Positions 1 through 5,668 of a DNA stretch of 7,474 nt are shown piece after piece. The position numbers and the translations under genes were made by a program. Each line of letters opens with the position of its first letter. Position 1 is the first letter of the stretch. The stretch is taken from positions 101,165 to 108,638 of the forward strand of contig CAYZDJ010000007.1 of the NCBI GenBank assembly GCA_964477265.1, read 5' to 3'. The notes under the pieces are model-generated. The model made no database searches, was not told the DNA's origin, and saw only the letters and a list, made by a program, of their open reading frames with translations. The DNA is from an uncultured Chitinophagaceae bacterium (lineage in GTDB: Bacteria; Bacteroidota; Bacteroidia; Chitinophagales; Chitinophagaceae).

Positions 1-1424
1 AAAGTATCTACACTTGCACAACCACTACCATTATTATAGCTATAAGTATAATCTCCACTTGTTGTGTAGGCTGTACTATGCCATGTATAAGTATCACAAG
101 CAGTTTGTGTTTCTGCATTGTATGTACTTGTGTTTATGGTTAAGTTTAATGTAATTACACTATCGCAACCAGCAACATTAATTAGCTTTACTGTATCTGT
201 AGTATTGCTGCTAGTATATGTCGCATTTTTTGCTGCCCAAAAATAACTATTGCAAGCTGTGTGTGTAAATGTTGAAGCTGTAGGCACACAACCACCAGTA
301 GGTATGCTACCAGTTTGTGCAGGTACATTTGAAGCAGTAACAGTACCATTGCCCAATTGCCCAAAACCATTACTACCCCAAGCCCATACAGTACCATCGG
401 TTTGCGATGCAATGCTGTGAGTTAGACCACCTGCAATAGACAACCAATTAGTTGCTGTACCTATTTGTGTAGGTAGGTTAAGATTAACACCCATATTTCC
501 ATCGCCCAATTGCCCACTGCTATTACTACCCCAAGTCCATAATGTACCATCTGCTTTGATGGCAATACTATGGTTGGCACCAACTGCAATTTTAGCCCAA
601 TTGGTTGCAGCACCTATTTGTACAGGCGTAATTCTGTTTGTATTAGTTCCATCACCAACCTGCCCACTAGTATTAAAACCCCAAGCCCATAATGTACCAT
701 CTGTTTTGATGGCAACTGTATGAAAAGAACCCCCAACTACGTCTAACCAATTAGTTGCAGAACCAATTGGTGTTGGTATGTTTTTGTTGGTGTTTGTTCC
801 ATCACCTAACTGTCCACTACCACCAGACCCCCAAGCCCATAATGTACCATCTGTTTTGATGGCTAAACTAAAATTAGCTGCATAACCAACCTTAGCCCAA
901 TTAGTAGCTGAACCAATTTGTGTGGGTACACTTTTAGCAACACTTGTTCCATCACCTAATTGACCAAGAGAATTGGCTCCCCAAGCCCATAATGTACCAT
1001 CTGTTTTTATTGCAAGTGTGTGCCCTGCCCCACAAGAAACTTTACTCCAGTTGGTTGCTGAACCAATTTGTGTGGGTACACTTTTAGAAACACTTGTTCC
1101 ATCACCCAATTGACCACTAGAATTTAAACCCCAAGTCCATAATGTACCATCTGTTTTTATGGCAACTGTATGTGCCGTACCAGCAGAATAAGATATCCAA
1201 TTCCCACTACTTAATTGCGTAGGAATATTTTTATCGGTATTGGCTCCATCACCTAATTGTCCATTAAGGTTTTTGCCCCAAGTATAAATATCTTTATTAC
1301 TATTAATTGAGTAGCTTGAACTACTTGCACAGCCTGTATAAACAGTTATTTGTGCATTAGCATTTTTAATTGCCCCTAATGCTACAAGGCAAATCAGCAA
1401 TAGTTTAGTAAAAGTTTGTTTCAT
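1..1424 (-). CDS. Secreted RCC1-repeat (seven-bladed beta-propeller type) protein with C-terminal Cys-containing repeats; partial, C-terminus runs off the left edge
   Basis: I translated the minus strand by hand from ATG (complement of 1422-1424). The frame stays open for 474 codons to position 3 with no stop. N-terminus MKQTFTKLLLICLVALGAIKNANA|Q looks like a signal peptide. Seven repeats of about 50 aa follow, each with W-x-W-G-x-N-x-x-G-Q-L-G-D-G ... H-[TS]-[VLI]-A-I-K-T-D-G-T-L, which is the classical RCC1/ATS1 repeat signature. After about aa 385 there are two units of about 47 aa of the form T-A-C-[ND]-[ST]-Y-x-W ... Y-T-x-S ... G-C-[DA]-S-V-x-T-L-N-L-T-I. The ORF track omits it because no stop codon lies in the window. 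Confidence 0.85.
   Translation of the reverse strand, partial: MKQTFTKLLLICLVALGAIKNANAQITVYTGCASSSSYSINSNKDIYTWGKNLNGQLGDGANTDKNIPTQLSSGNWISYSAGTAHTVAIKTDGTLWTWGLNSSGQLGDGTSVSKSVPTQIGSATNWSKVSCGAGHTLAIKTDGTLWAWGANSLGQLGDGTSVAKSVPTQIGSATNWAKVGYAANFSLAIKTDGTLWAWGSGGSGQLGDGTNTNKNIPTPIGSATNWLDVVGGSFHTVAIKTDGTLWAWGFNTSGQVGDGTNTNRITPVQIGAATNWAKIAVGANHSIAIKADGTLWTWGSNSSGQLGDGNMGVNLNLPTQIGTATNWLSIAGGLTHSIASQTDGTVWAWGSNGFGQLGNGTVTASNVPAQTGSIPTGGCVPTASTFTHTACNSYFWAAKNATYTSSNTTDTVKLINVAGCDSVITLNLTINTSTYNAETQTACDTYTWHSTAYTTSGDYTYSYNNGSGCASVDT
300..1300 (-). repeat. Seven tandem ~150-bp coding repeats (RCC1 blades) within the propeller gene
   Basis: The string ccccaag[ct]ccataatgtaccatctg[ct]ttt[tg]at[gt]gc recurs at about 530, 679, 830, 979 and 1128, with more diverged copies near 376 and 1276. 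The period is about 150 bp, or 50 aa. Boundaries are approximate. Confidence 0.8.
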
Positions 1425-1570
1425 ATAGTTTTAGTTATTGATTAATTAATTTGAAGTGAAAATTTTAATGTTAAAGATGCTGAACAATTACGTTTAATAT
1501 AACATCTATAAAGAGACTACAGAAAAATATTTTTTCAGTCATAGGGATTTAGACAGTTAGAATTAAGTTT

Positions 1571-1578
1571 CAAAAATA
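1571..1578 (-). promoter_or_regulatory. Candidate Bacteroidota -7 box (TAttTTTG on the minus strand) upstream of the RCC1-repeat gene
   Basis: Plus-strand caaaaata is the reverse complement of TATTTTTG, which matches the Bacteroidetes sigma-A -7 consensus TAnnTTTG. It lies about 147 nt upstream of the ATG at 1424. I found no convincing TTTG -33 element at the expected spacing; a T9 run sits there instead. Confidence 0.3.
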
Positions 1579-1685
1579 TAGGCAAAAGAGATAGTATTAA
1601 AAAAAAATTAAATATGTTTCCGACACAGTAAATGTAAACAAAATTGGAATACACCTGCAAGTAACAGGCAAATGCAAAATTCTTT

Positions 1686-2759
1686 TTAGCTATTATTTAC
1701 AATAAAATAAATAACTACAATAATAGCAATAGCTAGCAGTACAGCTATTACAATTTTAGTTGCAGATAAAGGTTTGCTGCCATCAATTTTACCTGTTTGT
1801 CCATTAATGATGAAAGAATATTTTTTGCCCTTGTATAAATATTCGCAAAACCATACTGGCAGCACAATATGTTTATAGGTTTTATTGGTAATGGTTGTGT
1901 CAACACTAAGGCCACTTTGCACATCACCACCAAGCTCATCACTTGCCATGCCTTGTACTGCATTGTCAATATAAGTTTTGGCTACAATAAAACTATCCTC
2001 AATATTCTGGCTATAGTTTTTTGCATTCCACCCAAGAATAAATTTTTCATTTAGAGGAACTAAAGCAGTTAAATTATATGGGTAAACATTGTTGATATAA
2101 CTCTGTGCAATTTCTTTATTACCGCAAATCAGTATATCATCAAAAAAATGAGAAAAGTTGCCTGATAAATAAACCCAGCGTGTTCTTTGCACACTGCGTG
2201 TTTGGGTTTGTCCGTTTGAATCTGTATAAGTTTCGGTTTCGTAATAATGGTAACCAGCATCGCCACTCCATTCATTATGTGTATCTGCATCAAATGTCCA
2301 AAAAGGAATATATGACCCACTTAAACTTTCAATCAACGATAAATCCTTTAGTGCAGATTCATTCCAAAAACCTTTACCAATCCAGGCTTTAAAAATTTCT
2401 ATGGCATTGTTTTTTGAAACTTCGAAAGGTATAATGGATGATGGATGAATAATATTGTTTTTATAAGCTTGCGTATTAATAACATTATTGCCACAGCTTT
2501 TACATTCAAAAAAAACAATATTGCTTGTAGATACATTTTCCTGGCCACACTTGCTGCATTTGTAATTTATGTCAACAATATCTTTTTCAGCAGCATTATT
2601 TTTATATGCACTATCTAACGAAATTTCATTTATCAGTTCATTGCTTTTTTCAATAGCAAATACAGTATGGCAATGCAAGCATTTCAGGTTATGCTTTTCA
2701 GCATCATAGTTTAATTCAGAAGAACAATTGGGGCAGGGAAACTCAACTAAATCAGGCAT
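1686..2759 (-). CDS. Tail-anchored membrane protein with two N-terminal CxxC-x14-CxxC zinc ribbons (YdjG-like / TFIIB-type zinc-ribbon protein)
   Basis: 357-aa ORF. Cys9/12/27/30 (CPNC...CLHC) and Cys68/71/86/89 (CSKC...CKSC) have identical CxxC-x14-CxxC spacing. A central domain of about 240 aa has no motif I can name. A single C-terminal hydrophobic helix KIVIAVLLAIAIIVVIYFIV (about 1698-1754) is followed by only 3 residues. It starts 74 bp downstream of the SPFH gene on the same strand. Confidence 0.7.
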   Translation of the reverse strand: MPDLVEFPCPNCSSELNYDAEKHNLKCLHCHTVFAIEKSNELINEISLDSAYKNNAAEKDIVDINYKCSKCGQENVSTSNIVFFECKSCGNNVINTQAYKNNIIHPSSIIPFEVSKNNAIEIFKAWIGKGFWNESALKDLSLIESLSGSYIPFWTFDADTHNEWSGDAGYHYYETETYTDSNGQTQTRSVQRTRWVYLSGNFSHFFDDILICGNKEIAQSYINNVYPYNLTALVPLNEKFILGWNAKNYSQNIEDSFIVAKTYIDNAVQGMASDELGGDVQSGLSVDTTITNKTYKHIVLPVWFCEYLYKGKKYSFIINGQTGKIDGSKPLSATKIVIAVLLAIAIIVVIYFIVNNS

Positions 2760-2833
2760 TGCAGGGATTAATATACTTTAAAGTTTTGGTATTGATATAA
2801 GCATTTTAGAAATCAAAAGCAAACAATACACGT

Positions 2834-3814
2834 TTATAATTTGCTCAAAATATCAGCTTTCTTCTGGTTAAATTCTTCAAGCGTTATTATGCCTTGCTTT
2901 TGCAATTCGCCAAGTTGCTTCAATACATCAAGCATTTGCGTTTTACTGTTGTCCTGTACATTGTTGTTGTTATTTTGTCCCATAAGATTAGTGAGTATTA
3001 CACCTGCTCCCACACCACCTACATTTCCTGCACTATCATTTTCTGCAAGTTTTTCCAACGCAATGCCACCCTGCATTTTATTAAAGTCATTAAGGTCTCC
3101 CTTTAAAATATTAAGTTCAGTTTTTTTATCAATTATTTTTTCAACTTCTTCTGGCAATGAAACATTTTCAATAAAGAATTTTTCTAACCTGATGCCATAT
3201 ATATCTATCTCTTTTTGCAGAATGGGCTTTATTATTTCTCCAACTTCAGTATAGTTACCTGCAAGGTTCATTACAGATATTTTAGCTTCTGCAAGGCTTT
3301 CTGCCAATACACTTGCTATAATCGTTTTCAGGGTATCTTCTACAGCATCAATCTTTACATATGAGCTTGTGCCGCTGAATTGCTTTATAAATTTTTTGGC
3401 ATCAATCACACTTATTGCAAAGTTGCCAAATGACTTTAAACGAACCTGTCCAAACTCAACATCCTTCATTAATACAGGACCACTTGTACCCCACTTTAAA
3501 TTGGTAAATTGCTTGGCACTTACAAAATATACATCAACTTTAAAAGGAGTATCAAAACCATATTTCCAACTTTTAAGGCTGGTGATGATAGGCATGTTTC
3601 GTGTTGTTAAACTATGCAACCCTGGCTTGTATTCATCACCAAATTCTCCTTCATTCATCAGCACTGCACACTGGCTTTCACGCACTGTAAGCTGTGCACC
3701 ATTTTTAATATTGTTTTCCTTGTCCTGAAATTTCCACACAACAGTATCGTTGCTGTTGTCAACCCAATCAATAACTTCTATCAACTGGTTTTTTATAAAG
3801 TCGAATAAGCCCAT
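2834..3814 (-). CDS. SPFH/Band-7 superfamily protein of the YdjI / COG4260 ('virion core protein-like') type with a C-terminal SHOCT domain
   Basis: 326-aa ORF. The N-terminus MGLFDFIKNQLIEVIDWVD...VVWKF...IKNGAQLTVRESQCAVLMNEGEF...WKYGFDTPFKVDVYFVSAKQFTNLKWGT matches the conserved N-terminal signature I recall for this family. A low-complexity linker (GQNNNNNVQDNSK) follows. The tail LKQLGELQKQGIITLEEFNQKKADILSKL (about 2837-2935) has the typical SHOCT pattern. Confidence 0.85.
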   Translation of the reverse strand: MGLFDFIKNQLIEVIDWVDNSNDTVVWKFQDKENNIKNGAQLTVRESQCAVLMNEGEFGDEYKPGLHSLTTRNMPIITSLKSWKYGFDTPFKVDVYFVSAKQFTNLKWGTSGPVLMKDVEFGQVRLKSFGNFAISVIDAKKFIKQFSGTSSYVKIDAVEDTLKTIIASVLAESLAEAKISVMNLAGNYTEVGEIIKPILQKEIDIYGIRLEKFFIENVSLPEEVEKIIDKKTELNILKGDLNDFNKMQGGIALEKLAENDSAGNVGGVGAGVILTNLMGQNNNNNVQDNSKTQMLDVLKQLGELQKQGIITLEEFNQKKADILSKL

Positions 3815-3904
3815 AAAAATTTTGTTTTAGTTATACAAATTAAAAGTAAATGCAATGAAGTATGTATGTAGAAGTTGAGAATTATTACAAGTGCATCAAA
3901 TATT

Positions 3905-4744
3905 TTAATCAATTGTATATTTTACATCACACTCATAACGTTTAACATTTGCAGTGTCGCAAGGTTGCACATATTCCACAACAACTTGCTTGCTATATTT
4001 TCCTTTCTTACCTGTTACAAATGTTTTGTACTCAACATAACCATTATATCTCTCTGGAACCAATTTACCATCAATATAAACTTTGGTCTTAGTGTTCTTT
4101 GCATACATACCAATACCTGCTTCAATTATTAATTGCTCATTTGCCTTTAAATGAGTTCTATTAACTCCTATTAGTGGAATTGTGAAATCATAAATTAAAT
4201 TGCAGCCAAGAGCAACTTGTCTATTTTGCTCAATAACATAGTTCAATTCAAAATGGTTTACTACATTTTTTAAATACTCAAAATAAAAATTAATATTTTC
4301 TTTAGGAACATCGACAACTGCAAGGCTATCTATCATTTTCTTAAATTTATCTTCACCAATAGTTGTTATAAAATGTTGATTATAGAATGAAGTATCTATA
4401 TCTTTTATCTTATTAATGTATGATTTCAACATTACTTTCAATGTTGACAAATACTGACTTTCAATAGATTTTAAAAAATCTATTTCTTTTATAATGTCTT
4501 GTGAGTATCTATTGCACTGTTCTACTTTTTTGTAAACAGGTATTGCCCTGTCTTTAAATTCACTAGTCTCTTTCTCATTGTTAAGTTTGTTAAGAATTAT
4601 ATTAATATCATTTCTTATAATATTGGTATTTGATTCAAGGATTTTACAAAACTCATTTGTCATATTATCAGTTGTTTTATCTCTACAACCAACAAAAACT
4701 GCACACAATAAAAAACTCAAAATATTTAAACAACTGCATCTCAT
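3905..4744 (-). CDS. Lipoprotein of unknown function (helical N-terminal half, beta-rich C-terminal domain)
   Basis: 279-aa ORF. N-terminus MRCSCLNILSFLLCAVFVG|C has a hydrophobic core followed by a lipobox-like FVGC. About 170 aa rich in K/E/N/I look helical. They are followed by about 100 aa with alternating hydrophobic/polar beta-like pattern (TIPLIGVNRTHLKANEQLIIEAGIGMYAK...KVYIDGKLV...). It lies 90 bp upstream of the SPFH gene on the same strand. Confidence 0.65.
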   Translation of the reverse strand: MRCSCLNILSFLLCAVFVGCRDKTTDNMTNEFCKILESNTNIIRNDINIILNKLNNEKETSEFKDRAIPVYKKVEQCNRYSQDIIKEIDFLKSIESQYLSTLKVMLKSYINKIKDIDTSFYNQHFITTIGEDKFKKMIDSLAVVDVPKENINFYFEYLKNVVNHFELNYVIEQNRQVALGCNLIYDFTIPLIGVNRTHLKANEQLIIEAGIGMYAKNTKTKVYIDGKLVPERYNGYVEYKTFVTGKKGKYSKQVVVEYVQPCDTANVKRYECDVKYTID

Positions 4745-4838
4745 AGTTTTTAGTTTTATGCAACTAAGGTAAATAATGTGTTTCTTATTATTTTGTTAAA
4801 AAAATTTTTCAAATAACACATTCTCTTATCTTCAAATT

Positions 4839-5387
4839 ATGAAAATAAAATCAGGAAAAATTTTATTAAGCAACCCATTTTTAAAAGACCCAAACTTTGT
4901 GCGAACAGTTGTTGTATTGTGTGAATATGATAAAGCAGGTACTGTGGGCTTTGTATTAAATAAATTATACAAGCAAAATTTAAATGAGTTGATAGATCTT
5001 ACTACTGAAAATATTTTTCCTGTGTATTATGGTGGACCAGTTGCTACAGACACATTACATTTTTTGCATCAACGTCCAGATATTATTAGTGAAGGATTGC
5101 ATATAACAGACAACATTTATTGGGGTGGTAATTTTGAGCAAACACTTGTAAACATTAATGCTGGCAATATTTTACCCAATGATATAAAGTTTTGCTTAGG
5201 CTATAGTGGCTGGAGTGCAGGGCAGCTTGAATTTGAAATAGATGAACAAAGCTGGATATTGACAAACGCTACCAATGCCATTGTATTCAACAATAAAATA
5301 AATACTTTATGGAAAGATGTTTTAGTAAGCATGGGTGGAGAGTATAAATTAATAAGTGGCTTTCCACTTGACCCACAGAATAATTAG
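4839..5387 (+). CDS. yqgE: YqgE/AlgH family protein (UPF0301, putative transcriptional regulator)
   Basis: 182-aa ORF. GKILLSNPFLKDPNFVRTVVVLCEYDKAGTVGFVLNK and LGYSGWSAGQLEFEIDEQSWIL align motif for motif with E. coli YqgE ([34 protein letters not shown] ... [21 protein letters not shown]). Confidence 0.9.
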   Translation: MKIKSGKILLSNPFLKDPNFVRTVVVLCEYDKAGTVGFVLNKLYKQNLNELIDLTTENIFPVYYGGPVATDTLHFLHQRPDIISEGLHITDNIYWGGNFEQTLVNINAGNILPNDIKFCLGYSGWSAGQLEFEIDEQSWILTNATNAIVFNNKINTLWKDVLVSMGGEYKLISGFPLDPQNN

Positions 5388-5404
5388 GAATTAGAAATTG
5401 GGAA
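5384..5404. repeat. Left arm of a long-range inverted repeat; overlaps the yqgE/algH stop codon
   Basis: aggaattagaaattgggaa (5386-5404) is the reverse complement of 5630-5649 apart from a 1-nt indel. ttaggaattag (5384-5394) is the exact reverse complement of 5655-5665. Confidence 0.7.
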
Positions 5405-5530
5405 TTTGTAACTATAGTAGTATTAAATATTATTTATTGAGTATTGTACATTGGTTATTGAATATTGAAAATTAATCTCTAAATGTTTTGTTAAAAATTA
5501 TATAATACTTTTTTCTTTCAAATAGCAGTA

Positions 5531-5538
5531 TATATTTG
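5531..5538 (+). promoter_or_regulatory. Candidate Bacteroidota -7 box (TAtaTTTG) facing porX, inside the inverted-repeat-bounded segment
   Basis: tatatttg matches TAnnTTTG. It lies about 130 nt upstream of the porX ATG. The -33 region has only tttc/tttt, with no clean TTTG. Confidence 0.3.
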
Positions 5539-5629
5539 ACACATCAATTCAAACGCACTTCTTCTATTCGAATTTATTTCTACACATTTATTTAATTTCT
5601 TTGGTTTTAGTCTTTGGCTATAAAATTGT

Positions 5630-5665
5630 TTCCCAAATTTCTAATTCCTGACTCCTAATTCCTAA
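5630..5665. repeat. Right arm of the inverted repeat (inner full copy 5630-5649 plus outer partial copy 5655-5665); ends 3 nt before the porX ATG
   Basis: ttcccaaatttctaattcct (5630-5649) pairs with the left arm through a 14-nt perfect core, aatttctaattcct / aggaattagaaatt. ctaattcctaa is repeated at 5655-5665. Confidence 0.7.
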
Positions 5666-5668
5666 AAT

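Noticed and set aside
188-412. 74-aa minus-strand ORF from the ORF track
   Set aside because: It lies entirely inside the RCC1-repeat gene in a different frame (offset 1 from the 1424 start). Its product is low-complexity and hydrophobic with no motifs, so it is a shadow ORF.
300-1300. Regular ~150-bp periodic repeats that could be mistaken for a CRISPR-like or satellite array
   Set aside because: The repeats sit in one continuous open reading frame and encode RCC1 blades. There is no alternation of short identical repeats with unique spacers.
1-1424. RCC1 repeats as a sign of eukaryotic contamination or recent eukaryote-to-bacterium transfer
   Set aside because: The gene has a bacterial signal peptide, the same AT-rich composition as its neighbours, and Bacteroidota-style C-terminal Cys repeats. 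Bacterial RCC1-like repeat proteins are known.
1515-1545. Imperfect hairpin gactacagaaaaatattttttcagtc as the terminator of the upstream (minus-strand) operon
   Set aside because: The stem has internal mismatches and is almost entirely A:T. It lies downstream of the candidate -7 box for the next gene, so it is not convincing as an intrinsic terminator. The cctg/cagg 4-bp stem near 1653-1668 is also too weak.
1748-2392. Four short ORFs (1748-1969 -, 1869-2054 +, 2105-2392 +, 2129-2320 -) inside the zinc-ribbon gene
   Set aside because: They are alternative-frame or antisense shadows of a well-supported 357-aa CDS. Their composition is typical of AT-rich off-frame translation (I/F/L/K/N/Y-rich) with no recognisable motifs.
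2841-3808. Antisense ORFs of 137, 70, 119 and 64 aa opposite the SPFH gene
   Set aside because: They fully overlap a CDS with strong family signatures on the other strand. They are rich in S/F/L/C/I low-complexity sequence and have no start context or motifs.
3875-4772. Plus-strand ORFs 3875-4132 and 4578-4772 opposite the lipoprotein gene
   Set aside because: Antisense shadows. The minus-strand frame has a proper signal peptide and lipobox and is far longer.
4788-4795. ttattttg upstream of yqgE/algH as a -7 promoter box
   Set aside because: It is one base short of the TAnnTTTG consensus (TAnTTTG) and has no clear -33 partner. It is plausible but not supportable as a feature.
5434-5468. Four closely spaced TATTG(A) motifs and the tctttgg direct repeat (5598-5604 / 5611-5617) as regulator binding sites
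   Set aside because: These are short AT-rich words that recur easily by chance in this composition, and I can assign no known binding consensus.
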